A stretch of DNA of 46,312 nucleotides from an uncultured Peptococcaceae bacterium (GCA_964368605.1 CAYJBP010000005.1:1-46312), one strand, 5' to 3'. Shown: positions 17,599 to 27,146, counted from the stretch's first letter. Made by a program: numbers and translations. The notes: generated by a model not told the origin, from the letters alone.

Positions 17599-19140
17599 TT
17601 AAAGGTATAAATACTTTTCTAAACATGCAATAGTATAGTTGCGATCTAAGTATTTTTCAGAAAAATTGGCTACTGCATTTTGCAAATACTGATAAAAAAC
17701 CTGGCTAATTGTTGGCTGACTTAGAAAAAAGGAAAATAAAATGCTGCTTTCCTTAGTGAAAAATACGCCGCATTTATCCTTTGCCTGAATTTGAACATTG
17801 CTAAACAAACTGCTATCTTGTAAAATACATTGATAATTAGGATAATTTTTAAGCATAAAAATTACATTTTCCACATGCTCTTTAAATTCGGATATATCTT
17901 TATAATAAGCATTATTATGACCCAATAATACATTTAGGTTAAAAGGCAAATCGCTTAAATCCAGATAGCCGGGTTTAGCTAAATTAATTATTTCGGTATA
18001 TTTATGGCTAATTAAGTTTTCGGAATAAAAGGATTTGCGCAATTTAAACTGATTAAAAACATCATCCTTTTCCTGATCGGAAATGTTTTGCCTACTTAAA
18101 ATAGTGCTAAATAGCTTTTCGGTAGATGTAAAACTGGTAAGCATATTAATCATCGAAATACTATTAGCCGGGGTTTTAATAAACTCCAGATGGCGTTTTT
18201 GCAAAGCAAGGCTGTTTTCGGCAGTATATGTTTGAATCATCGGATAACTATTTTGAATGATATGATTCAAGTTATTTTGAATAGAATCGACCATTTTATT
18301 TTCATTATACAGCACAATAGGCGCTTGATACTCATTGCCATTATAGCTAAAAGAATGTAAAGCCGTGATTTGCGGTATAGCATATAAGGTTTGACAATGA
18401 ATATTGCTTAAATGATTGGCTGCATAATAAGATTCTACTTTACCGGTCATGTATAAAGGCAACCAGCGCTTAATGGTAGCAAATTGCTCGGGCGGGCTGC
18501 ACATTACATTATGCACAACCTTTACCGTATCACCTTTAGCAATACATTGTTGCAGTAATTGCTGCCAAAGCAATTCGTATTGGGGATGCTGATTAATCCA
18601 ATCATGGTTTTGATCGCTAAAAATATAAAGAGTATTGGCTTTATTGCTCATCAAGGATAAGGTTAATATTTTTAAGGTAGCATGACGCATACCCTCGGCT
18701 CCAATAAACAGCTCACCAACTTGATTTTGGCCTGATTTAAGATCGTTTAAGTAATAATTGCTCATGGTTGCCGATTTGCTGGGTATTTTTTCGGTATGAA
18801 GCAAAAAATTCTCGGCTATTTGCAACTCTTTTCGGGAATTATTATTTTGGGTTAAAAACCAATCATGCAAAGCTTTTTGCCAATCGGTATTGTTTAAACT
18901 AATCATATCGCTGGGCATATTCATTAAAACCAATAAGGCTATTTTTTGATGATCATGGCTAATAATAGTTTGACAATATTGGCAAATATGCTCAATATAG
19001 GTGCTGTTTTTAGCAGGCAAACGCTTGCCGGAACGCCAACGACTAATTAAAGAAGGATCAATATGCAGGTACTCGGCCAATATTGCATTATTTATATTTA
19101 AACAAGTCATTAAGTTATCTAATTTACTGGCAAATGTCAT
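17599..19140 (-). CDS. XRE-type HTH regulator with a large uncharacterized C-terminal region
   Basis: ATG at 19140 follows AGAGGTG; the track's GTG at 19149 is less likely. The HTH is NNAILAEYLHIDPSLISRWRSGKRLP. The remaining ~450 aa show no motif I recognise. Confidence 0.7.
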   Translation of the reverse strand: MTFASKLDNLMTCLNINNAILAEYLHIDPSLISRWRSGKRLPAKNSTYIEHICQYCQTIISHDHQKIALLVLMNMPSDMISLNNTDWQKALHDWFLTQNNNSRKELQIAENFLLHTEKIPSKSATMSNYYLNDLKSGQNQVGELFIGAEGMRHATLKILTLSLMSNKANTLYIFSDQNHDWINQHPQYELLWQQLLQQCIAKGDTVKVVHNVMCSPPEQFATIKRWLPLYMTGKVESYYAANHLSNIHCQTLYAIPQITALHSFSYNGNEYQAPIVLYNENKMVDSIQNNLNHIIQNSYPMIQTYTAENSLALQKRHLEFIKTPANSISMINMLTSFTSTEKLFSTILSRQNISDQEKDDVFNQFKLRKSFYSENLISHKYTEIINLAKPGYLDLSDLPFNLNVLLGHNNAYYKDISEFKEHVENVIFMLKNYPNYQCILQDSSLFSNVQIQAKDKCGVFFTKESSILFSFFLSQPTISQVFYQYLQNAVANFSEKYLDRNYTIACLEKYLYL

Positions 19141-19164
19141 TTTTATCACCTCTTAATATTGGCT

Positions 19165-19193
19165 ATTATAGTACGATTTTAATTTTTTAGCAA
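19165..19193 (-). promoter_or_regulatory. Promoter of the XRE regulator gene
   Basis: Minus strand reads TTGCTA, 17 nt, TATAAT. Confidence 0.55.
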
Positions 19194-19201
19194 GCTTAAA
19201 T

Positions 19202-19226
19202 TTTGGCAATACCCAATATTGCCAAA
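19202..19226. promoter_or_regulatory. Perfect 10-bp inverted repeat between the divergent regulator and ABC operon; putative operator
   Basis: TTTGGCAATA-CCCAA-TATTGCCAAA. A related half-site, AATATTGGC, lies at 19155-19163. Confidence 0.55.
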
Positions 19227-19251
19227 CAAAAAATAAAAGGAGACTACAATT

Positions 19252-20925
19252 ATGAAAAAATTTCTAATGCTGTTATTGATGGTATGTTTAATGTTTACCT
19301 TGGTTGCTTGCGGCGGTGCTGCAGACCCTGCCGATACTAGCGATGCCGACGATACCGCAGCCGATAGCGCAACCCCCGATTCCAATGCCGCAGCCGATGC
19401 TGCCGGTGGTAGTATTTTTAGAGTAACTCAAACCATTATGCCTAAATTCGACCCGGCCGTAGGCTCGGATATTGCCTCTTGCGTTGTCTTAATCAATGCC
19501 TATGATAGTCTGGTTTTCCCCACCGAAGACGGCGGCGTAGAGCCTTGGGTAGCCGAAAGCTGGACAATTTCCGAAGACGGCTTAACTTGGGATTTTAAAA
19601 TCAGAGAAGATATTGTCTTCCATAGCGGCAATTCCTTAACCGCCCATGATGTGGCCTATTCGATGAATCGCTTATTAGAAATCGGCGAAGGCTTTGCCTA
19701 TTTATTCTATGAATACATCGATAGCGTAGAAGTTATTGACGATTATAATGTTCGCTTTAATACCAGCACTGCCTATGGCCCTTTATTAAACAGTCTAGTA
19801 CGCTTTTATATTTTAGACCAAAAAACCCTCGAAGCTAATTATGCAGCCGAAGGCGATTATGGCGATAAGGGCGATTATGGAAAAACTTACTTACTGGAAG
19901 GCGATGTTGGCTCCGGCCCATATATTGTTGATGCCGTAGCAACCAATACCTCGGTAGGCGGTAGCCGTTATGATAATTACTGGCAACCATTACATGAAGA
20001 TACTCCGGAAAAGTTCATTGTTTATGCCTCTAATGACCCTGTTACTGTTAAAACCATGATGAGCAGACAAGAATTAGAAGCAGCCGACAATTATCAATCG
20101 GCCGAAAGTATTAATTCGATGCTAGATGCCGATGATACTTTAGGCTTAGCCTACAACTATACCGGCGGCGGCATTAATTTATGGATGAATAATCAAGCAG
20201 CACCGATGGACGATCCTTATGTCCGCGAAGCCTTTGGTTATTTAATTGATTATGTAACCGTAGCCGAAACTATTTTGCCGGACTCTTTACAAAAGCATAG
20301 CATTATCCCCTCTAATTTATTAGGTTTTGAAGCAGTATTTGATTTCTCCTTTGATTTAGAAAAAGCCTCTGCGGCTATTGCCAAATCGGCCTATGCCGAT
20401 ACTATTGGCACTATGCCTATCGAGTTAATCTGGAATTCCGAATCGGCCGACCGCGAAAAGGTTGCCTTAATGATTCAAGCTGCTGCCAGCCAAATTGGCA
20501 TTAATGTTAGCATTGTAGAATTGCCTTGGTCTACTATTGTTGCTAATTCGGCCAGTCTCGATACTTCGCCAATGATGACCTTAACATCTATTACCCCTGT
20601 AACTTCCGATTCCGGCTCGCAATTTATATCCTTATTACGCACTAAAGAAGCCGGCACTTGGGAAAATATGAACTGGGTAAACGATACCACCTTAGATGCC
20701 ATGATCGACGAAGCCATTACCATGGTTGATATCGACCAGCGCGCCGAAGCCTATAAGGCCATCCAGCGCTATTGCGGCGAAAACTTCACTTTTGTACCTA
20801 TTGCCGAAAGCCCTGAAAGACTAGTTTATCAAGATTCTTATGTAGATTTAGAGCCTCGAATTGGCTTACAAGGATTTTCGTTCTACTTGCCGGAAATTCG
20901 GGTTTATCCGGAGCTTAGAAAATAA
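19252..20925 (+). CDS. ABC substrate-binding lipoprotein, peptide/nickel family (SBP family 5)
   Basis: Lipobox LVACGG followed by an acidic Asp/Ala linker. 557 aa of OppA/DppA-like sequence (WTISEDGLTWDFKIREDIVFHSGN). Confidence 0.85.
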   Translation: MKKFLMLLLMVCLMFTLVACGGAADPADTSDADDTAADSATPDSNAAADAAGGSIFRVTQTIMPKFDPAVGSDIASCVVLINAYDSLVFPTEDGGVEPWVAESWTISEDGLTWDFKIREDIVFHSGNSLTAHDVAYSMNRLLEIGEGFAYLFYEYIDSVEVIDDYNVRFNTSTAYGPLLNSLVRFYILDQKTLEANYAAEGDYGDKGDYGKTYLLEGDVGSGPYIVDAVATNTSVGGSRYDNYWQPLHEDTPEKFIVYASNDPVTVKTMMSRQELEAADNYQSAESINSMLDADDTLGLAYNYTGGGINLWMNNQAAPMDDPYVREAFGYLIDYVTVAETILPDSLQKHSIIPSNLLGFEAVFDFSFDLEKASAAIAKSAYADTIGTMPIELIWNSESADREKVALMIQAAASQIGINVSIVELPWSTIVANSASLDTSPMMTLTSITPVTSDSGSQFISLLRTKEAGTWENMNWVNDTTLDAMIDEAITMVDIDQRAEAYKAIQRYCGENFTFVPIAESPERLVYQDSYVDLEPRIGLQGFSFYLPEIRVYPELRK

Positions 20926-20941
20926 TAAATTTTAACTTATC

Positions 20942-20971
20942 TGCCGAGCCGATACAATTATCGGCTCGGCA
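20942..20971 (+). other. Stem-loop after the binding-protein gene
   Basis: TGCCGAGCCGATA-CAAT-TATCGGCTCGGCA, a 13-bp perfect stem. No U-run follows. Confidence 0.6.
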
Positions 20972-21007
20972 AGGCTTAAAATTTAAGCTTAACAGGGAGG
21001 TTTAGAC

Positions 21008-22033
21008 ATGACATCATTATTTATTACTATACTTAAACGTCTGGCCTGGGCTCTGGTAGTATTATTAGGTTTATCCATATTAATATTTTCTTTAATGCGT
21101 ATTATTCCTGGCGACCCTGCTCGTTTAGCTTTGGGGCCTACTGTGCCGGAAGAAGTAGTAGAAGAATATCGCGAACGTATGCATTATAATGATCCCTTAC
21201 CGGTACAGTATTTTTATTGGATAACCGATGTATTGCAAGGCGATTTAGGTATGTCTACCGTAACAAAAAGAGCTGTATCCACCGACATTGGCGAATTTTT
21301 ACCGGCCACATTAGAGCTGGTAATTTGGTCGGGAATACCACCGATATTCTTTGCTTTATTATTAGGGGTATGGGGGGCCATGTATAAAAATAAGTGGCCG
21401 GATTATACCATCCGCTTTAGTAGTTACATTATTATTGCCACCCCAACTTTTGTTTGGGCGGTATTATTTTTATTAATTTTTGGCTATTGGTTCCCCATTT
21501 TGCCTTCTATTGGTGGCCGTTTAACTATGGGGTTTGATGTACCAAGCATAACCGGCCTAGTAATGCTTGATGCTATTTTAAGCGGTCAGCCTGCTGCTGC
21601 TTGGGATGCCTTTTTGCATATCTTGTTGCCGGCCTTGGCTTTATCTTTGGGCCATGCCATGCAAGAAGCGCGCATTACCCGCTCTTATATGCTCGAAAAC
21701 GATAGCAAGGATTATATTACCATGATAACCAGCCAAGGGGTTCCTCGTTCGGTAATTAACCGCAGCTTTTTGCTTAAACCATCGGTTATTCCAACGGTGT
21801 CGATTATGGGTTTGGATATCGCTTCTATTTTTAGTAATGCCTTTTTAGTAGAAACCATTTTTAACTGGCCGGGGATGTCCCGCTATGCCATGGGCGCTAT
21901 CTTAAATAAGGATATTAATGCTGTATGTGGTGTAGTTTTGGTGCTGGGGGTAATCTTTATCCTAACCAATCTTTTAGTAGATATTGTGGTAATGATACTC
22001 GACCCACGCTTGCGCCAATCCCGAGCTAAATAG
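21008..22033 (+). CDS. ABC permease (DppB/OppB type)
   Basis: 341 aa and multi-TM. N-terminus RIIPGDPARLALGP is typical of this family. Confidence 0.85.
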   Translation: MTSLFITILKRLAWALVVLLGLSILIFSLMRIIPGDPARLALGPTVPEEVVEEYRERMHYNDPLPVQYFYWITDVLQGDLGMSTVTKRAVSTDIGEFLPATLELVIWSGIPPIFFALLLGVWGAMYKNKWPDYTIRFSSYIIIATPTFVWAVLFLLIFGYWFPILPSIGGRLTMGFDVPSITGLVMLDAILSGQPAAAWDAFLHILLPALALSLGHAMQEARITRSYMLENDSKDYITMITSQGVPRSVINRSFLLKPSVIPTVSIMGLDIASIFSNAFLVETIFNWPGMSRYAMGAILNKDINAVCGVVLVLGVIFILTNLLVDIVVMILDPRLRQSRAK

Positions 22034-22049
22034 AAAGGAGGAATAGGCT

Positions 22050-22913
22050 ATGCAGGAAAGTTATAAAGAAGTTTTAAAGCGTAATTGGCTAAAGTACTCC
22101 GAAAGCAAAATTACGGTTTTAGGTTTAATTATTGTTGTAGGCTTTATTTTGCTGGCATTTATCGGTAAATATATAGTGCCCTTCCCCGATCATTTGGGTC
22201 CATTTGTTGATTTTGCCAATGCCAGCTTGCCGCCATCGGCCGAGCATATTTTTGGCACCGATTTAATGGGGCGTGATATTTTTAGCCGTATTATCGGCTC
22301 TTTTAGAAATACCCTGTTAATGGGGGTAATTGTATTATTAATTTCTGCGCCGGTAGGTTTTATGGTTGGCGTTATTGCCGGTTATTATAAAGGGCGTTTT
22401 ATCGATACCCTTTTAATGCGAATTACCGATATCTTTTTAGCCATTCCGCCTTTGGTCTTGGCTTTGGCTATCGCTTCGGTATTAGAACCCAATTTAACCA
22501 ATTCGATGTTGGCGATTACGGTAATGTGGTGGCCTTGGTACGCACGTTTAAGTTATGGTATTGCCAGCTCTTTGCGTACCGAAAACTATATTATTTATGC
22601 CGAATTAACCGGCGTAAATCTATTTCATATCGTTTTTAAAGAAATTTTGCCTAACTGCTTATCGGCAGTATTAACCAAAATGACATTAGATATGGGTTAT
22701 GTAATTATTATGGGGGCTACATTAAGCTATGCCGGCTTAGGCGAGCAAGCACCTAACCCTGCTTTAGGAAGCATGATTTCGCAGGGGGTTAGTTATATGC
22801 CCGATCAATGGTGGTTTACTGTTTTCCCGGCTTTGGCAATTATTATTATTGTGCTTGGCTTTAATTTATTCGGCGATGGTATTAGTAGTATGCTGGGAAC
22901 GGAGGAAAGTTAA
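22050..22913 (+). CDS. ABC permease (DppC/OppC type)
   Basis: 287 aa and multi-TM, with HIFGTDLMGRDIFSR at the N-terminal side. Confidence 0.85.
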   Translation: MQESYKEVLKRNWLKYSESKITVLGLIIVVGFILLAFIGKYIVPFPDHLGPFVDFANASLPPSAEHIFGTDLMGRDIFSRIIGSFRNTLLMGVIVLLISAPVGFMVGVIAGYYKGRFIDTLLMRITDIFLAIPPLVLALAIASVLEPNLTNSMLAITVMWWPWYARLSYGIASSLRTENYIIYAELTGVNLFHIVFKEILPNCLSAVLTKMTLDMGYVIIMGATLSYAGLGEQAPNPALGSMISQGVSYMPDQWWFTVFPALAIIIIVLGFNLFGDGISSMLGTEES

Positions 22914-23884
22914 TGAATATTTTACAAGTAAAAGATCTTTCCGTTTCTTTTAATGTTTATGGCAAGGTAAGCCATGTTTTAGACGGTATTAGTTTTAGCG
23001 TAAACAAAGGTCAAAGAGTAGGCTTAGTTGGCGAAAGCGGTTGCGGTAAAACAACTACCTTAAAATCAATACTAAATGTACTGCCGGCAAATGCAGTAAT
23101 AAATAGTGGCGAAATACTATTCAATGGTGTTGATGTGTTAAAGATGCAAGCTGCCAATCTGCAACAGACCAGGCGTACCGGTATCGGCATGATATTTCAG
23201 GATCCATCCAGCGCCTTAAACCCCGTTTTTAGTATCGAAAAGCAGTTTTTAACGGCATTAAAGTACTCTTTTCCGCCTAAAACAGCCAAATCGGTACTAT
23301 ATGATACAGCGATAGAGGCTTTAAATAATGTAATGTTACCCGACCCTAAACGCATTATGGGTAGTTTTCCTTATCAATTATCCGGCGGGATGAAGCAAAG
23401 GGTATGTATTGCCATTACCATTGCAGCCAAAAGGCAATTACTATTGGCCGACGAACCGGGCACTTCTTTAGATGTAACCATTCAGGATCAAATTCTTAAT
23501 TTGATTAATCAGTTGGTTATAGACCAAGATTTATCGGTTATTATGGTATCACATTCGGTGGGTGTAATTAGGCAATCTACCACCGATGTTAATATTATGT
23601 ATGCCGGCACCGTGGTAGAAACTGGCAAAACCGAACAAGTATTTAATAATCCTAAGCATCCTTATACGGTTGCTTTAATGTCTTGCGTGCCTAAATTAAC
23701 CGGCGATGGCATTGCCGAGGGGATTGATGGTCGTATTCCCGATTATATGCAGCCGCCTAAGGGCTGCCGCTTTGCCCCACGTTGCCCCTTGGCCCAGGAA
23801 ATTTGCCATCAACAAAAACCGCCGCATCAGGAAATTGGCGATGGCCATTTTGTAAGCTGCTATTTTGCAAATGAGGTGATATAA
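22913..23884 (+). CDS. ABC ATPase (OppD/DppD type)
   Basis: Walker A GESGCGKTT, signature LSGGMKQR, and a C-terminal Cys-rich oligopeptide-transporter extension. Its ATG overlaps the upstream stop (TAATG). Confidence 0.9.
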   Translation: MNILQVKDLSVSFNVYGKVSHVLDGISFSVNKGQRVGLVGESGCGKTTTLKSILNVLPANAVINSGEILFNGVDVLKMQAANLQQTRRTGIGMIFQDPSSALNPVFSIEKQFLTALKYSFPPKTAKSVLYDTAIEALNNVMLPDPKRIMGSFPYQLSGGMKQRVCIAITIAAKRQLLLADEPGTSLDVTIQDQILNLINQLVIDQDLSVIMVSHSVGVIRQSTTDVNIMYAGTVVETGKTEQVFNNPKHPYTVALMSCVPKLTGDGIAEGIDGRIPDYMQPPKGCRFAPRCPLAQEICHQQKPPHQEIGDGHFVSCYFANEVI

Positions 23885-24873
23885 TGGCTGAGAAAATTTT
23901 GCAAATCGATAATCTTAAAAAATATTTTCCATTAAGAAACGGACAAGTTGTAAAAGCTGTTGATGATGTAAGCCTAGAATTATATGAAGGCGAAACCCTG
24001 GGATTAGTAGGCGAAAGCGGTTCCGGTAAAAGTACAATTGCCTATGTTTTGGTTGGCATGTATGAGGCAACCGATGGCGATATTATTTATAAAGGCGATA
24101 ATATAGCTAAAACAGGCTTAAAGCGTACCTTAAAACAAAAAGGCGAAGTGCAAATTGTTTTTCAAGATCCGGGATCTTCTTTAAATTCTAAGCGTACAGT
24201 GCGCAAAAGCATGCAAGTACCAATAGCTGTTCATGATAAAAAGCTAAATAAAGAAGAGGCTAATCAGCGTATCGAAAAACTATTGGAAGAGGTAGGCTTA
24301 CCCAAAGAATTTGCCGATAAATATCCGCGTACTTTGGGTGGGGGCGAGCGGCAATTAATTTCCGTGGCGCGGGCCTTGGCCACTAATCCTTCCTTAATGA
24401 TTTTAGACGAGCCAACCTCGGCTTTAGATGTATCTATTCAGGCTAAGGTTATCAGCAAACTAATCAGTTTGCAAAAAGAGCTTAATTTGGCATATCTATT
24501 TATCACCCACGATTTAAGCCTCATGCGCAATGTGGCCGATCGGGTAGCTATTTTATATTTAGGACGCCTTTGCGAACAGGCGCCGGCTGCCGACTTTTTT
24601 GCTAAACCCTTGCATCCTTATACCAAAATGCTTTTATCTTCTATACCTGTTGCTACCGCCGAGGAAGAAGAAATGAAGCCGGATAAGGTAAAATCAAGTG
24701 GCGAAATTCCCAGCCCGGTAAATGTGCCCCCGGGTTGCGCTTTTCATTTACGTTGCAGCGAGAAGCTGCCCATTTGTGATCAAGAAAGGCCGCAAATGCT
24801 AGAAGCAAGCCCCGGCCATTTTGTTTGCTGTCATTTATATAGCCAAAATCAGCCCCAAAAAGGAGATGACTAA
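23884..24873 (+). CDS. ABC ATPase (OppF/DppF type)
   Basis: Walker A GESGSGKST, Walker B ILDEPTSALD, and a C-terminal Cys motif. TAATG overlap with the upstream gene. Confidence 0.9.
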   Translation: MAEKILQIDNLKKYFPLRNGQVVKAVDDVSLELYEGETLGLVGESGSGKSTIAYVLVGMYEATDGDIIYKGDNIAKTGLKRTLKQKGEVQIVFQDPGSSLNSKRTVRKSMQVPIAVHDKKLNKEEANQRIEKLLEEVGLPKEFADKYPRTLGGGERQLISVARALATNPSLMILDEPTSALDVSIQAKVISKLISLQKELNLAYLFITHDLSLMRNVADRVAILYLGRLCEQAPAADFFAKPLHPYTKMLLSSIPVATAEEEEMKPDKVKSSGEIPSPVNVPPGCAFHLRCSEKLPICDQERPQMLEASPGHFVCCHLYSQNQPQKGDD

Positions 24874-24876
24874 ATT

Positions 24877-25941
24877 ATGCAATATAATATCGGTATCGAA
24901 ATGCGTGATGAATACAAGTTTATGGAAGTTGCCAAAGGGGCAATGAAGCTGGTTAAAGATATTATGCTGGTTAAAGAAGGCGAAAATGTAGTAGTAAATG
25001 TAGATACGGCCACCGATATGCGCGTAGCCCAGGCTGTAATAAATGCCGCCTATACCATTGGTGCTGTGCCGGTTTTATTAGTTCATCCGATGCAAAAAGA
25101 AGCGTTTACCCAACCTTCGGCACCGGTAGCTGCCTGTATTGCCAATGCCGATGTTTGGATAGAATTTGCCTACAATTGCTTAATGCATAGCGATTGCTTT
25201 AGGGCTGCTATGGAGTTTGGTACTCGCTATACCTGCCTATGCGGCATGGATGTAGAAATGATGGTTAATACCTTAGCTAATGTAGATGTAGATACGGTTA
25301 TCGAATTTGGCGAATATATGGTAAAAGTTATTGACGAGGCCGACGATATTCATATCCTTTCGCCCGGCGGCACCGATTTGCGGGCTAAAAAAGGCAAGCG
25401 CTTTGTTAAACATTCCGGGCAAAAAGCCACCAAAAAGGGTTGGCCGGTTATGCTATGCGGCCAAGTAACGGTTTGCCCTATCGAAGAAACTATAAACGGC
25501 ACTTTAGTATTTGATGGCGCCTTATTTCCCCCTGCCGAAATTGGTATTTTGCAGGATAAAGTAATAATGACCGTCGAAAAAGGAATAATTACCGATATTA
25601 AAGGCGAAGGGCAAGCCCAACAGTTTAAGGCCTGGCTTGCTTCTTGGAATGACCCCAATATGTATCGCTTAGCTCATTGGTCGCCCGGCTTTAATCCCGG
25701 TGTAACTAAAGCCACCGGACGCATTGTCGAAGATGAGCGTATCTTTGGCTGTATCGAATTTGGGATTGGCTCGCAGGGCAAATCCTTAGGCGGTGCTTAT
25801 TGGGATGCCGCTGCCCATACCGATGGCATTGTTTTAAATCCGTCTATTTACTATGATGGTAAATTATTTGAAGAAAATGGCATCTTCCGTGATCAAAAAG
25901 CAATTGAGTTTTGCCGCAAGCTAGGTGTAAGCGGTTATTAA
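24877..25941 (+). CDS. NicX / peptidase-M29-like metalloenzyme, paralog 2
   Basis: 354 aa. Colinear with the 15047 gene, sharing IEMRDEYK, GENVV, CPIEETINGTL, YRLAHWSPGFNPGVTK, GRIVEDERIF and AAAHTDGIVL. Confidence 0.7.
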   Translation: MQYNIGIEMRDEYKFMEVAKGAMKLVKDIMLVKEGENVVVNVDTATDMRVAQAVINAAYTIGAVPVLLVHPMQKEAFTQPSAPVAACIANADVWIEFAYNCLMHSDCFRAAMEFGTRYTCLCGMDVEMMVNTLANVDVDTVIEFGEYMVKVIDEADDIHILSPGGTDLRAKKGKRFVKHSGQKATKKGWPVMLCGQVTVCPIEETINGTLVFDGALFPPAEIGILQDKVIMTVEKGIITDIKGEGQAQQFKAWLASWNDPNMYRLAHWSPGFNPGVTKATGRIVEDERIFGCIEFGIGSQGKSLGGAYWDAAAHTDGIVLNPSIYYDGKLFEENGIFRDQKAIEFCRKLGVSGY

Positions 25942-25952
25942 AAGGAGCGATA

Positions 25953-26711
25953 ATGACAAAGCAGATATTATATATTAAGCCAACATCTTATGCCGATATG
26001 AATGAAACAATATTAAAATATTTGCAAAAATACGCTGATCCTGATAGCAAAATTAGCATTTGCAGCATGCCCCGTGGGCCTAAGCATTTGGAATATATGT
26101 ATTATCAAAGTTTAGCGCAGCTGGAGATTTTGAATGCAATTAAAAAGGCAGATAATCAAGGCAATTATGATGCTGCCATTATTGGCTGCTTTGATGACCC
26201 TGGTTTAGCTGCAGGCCGCGAGATTTGCGAAAATATGTCCTTAAGTGCCCCCTGCGAAGCTGCTTGCCATATAGCGGCTACCTTAGCCGATAAGTTTTCG
26301 ATTATTATTGGCCGTGATAAATGGCGGGCAGTAATGCGTGATAATGTTTATCGCTATGGTTTTGAATCTAAGCTGGCTTCTTTTCGTAGCTTAGATATGG
26401 GCGTTTTAGATTTCCAGAATAATCCCCGGCAAACCGAAAAAAGAATACGGGAAGAAATTGAATTGGCAATTAGCAAGGATAAAGCCGAGGCTATTATTTT
26501 AGGTTGTACAATGAAGTTTGGCTTTTTTGAGCAGTTGCAAAAAGAATTTCCTGTCCCCATCATCGATAGCATGATTGCCGCTTTAAAATATGCAGAAATG
26601 CTGGCAGGCTTAAAGCAAAAAACGGGCTGGTATACTAGCAAAGTTGGCAGTTATGCCTCGCCGCCGCAACAAGAAATTTCCGATTGGCAATTAGAAAAAG
26701 ACTACTATTAA
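25953..26711 (+). CDS. Asp/Glu/hydantoin-racemase-family enzyme
   Basis: ATG at 25953 follows AAAGGAG, so the track start at 25911 is probably too early. The two catalytic-Cys contexts are IIGCFDDPGL and IILGCTM. Confidence 0.75.
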   Translation: MTKQILYIKPTSYADMNETILKYLQKYADPDSKISICSMPRGPKHLEYMYYQSLAQLEILNAIKKADNQGNYDAAIIGCFDDPGLAAGREICENMSLSAPCEAACHIAATLADKFSIIIGRDKWRAVMRDNVYRYGFESKLASFRSLDMGVLDFQNNPRQTEKRIREEIELAISKDKAEAIILGCTMKFGFFEQLQKEFPVPIIDSMIAALKYAEMLAGLKQKTGWYTSKVGSYASPPQQEISDWQLEKDYY

Positions 26712-26728
26712 ATGTCCTATCAAAGATA

Positions 26729-26770
26729 GGGGCTGCCGCAATAAAAACAATTTGCGACAGCCCCTTTTAT
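26729..26770 (+). terminator. Rho-independent terminator of the 7-gene operon
   Basis: GGGGCTGCCGCA...TGCGACAGCCCC followed by TTTTATTAT. It has the same stem sequence as the 8355 terminator. Confidence 0.75.
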
Positions 26771-27146
26771 TATGCAATTGTATCAAAGCAAATACTAAAC
26801 TATACTATGTATTACAAGCTTGCTCTCACTAAGATACCGATTTAAGCTACCTAATCGTTAGCTCCAGCAAGCTGCTCTTAGTGGTCTTTTAATCTTTATT
26901 TTCGCAATAGAGTTCGTTTAAGCTAACTTTTGTCAATTATTCAAAATCGACTTAAAGGCTTTGCCAAAAGCTTGCGGATAGACCTTTGAAAAAGACTTAG
27001 CAAAATTTAGTGGCGCTAAAGGGCTAATTAAAAAAAATTTGGCTAAACTATTGCCAAATATTAATTTATATGATATATTTTCTTTGATTAGATTAAACTA
27101 ACCATTTAAAAAAAAAGGAGCATTATTTAATAATGAATACACTATT

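Noticed and set aside
26817-26883. Crossing complementarities AGCTTGCT/AGCAAGCT (26817-24 and 26866-73) and CACTAAG/CTTAGTG (26827-33 and 26877-83), with an inner AGCTA/TAGCT hairpin. This gives a pseudoknot-like topology ~270 nt upstream of the Zn/Mn ABC genes.
   Set aside because: Stems of 7-8 bp at this spacing are expected several times by chance in 46 kb. I recognise no riboswitch consensus and cannot assess conservation.
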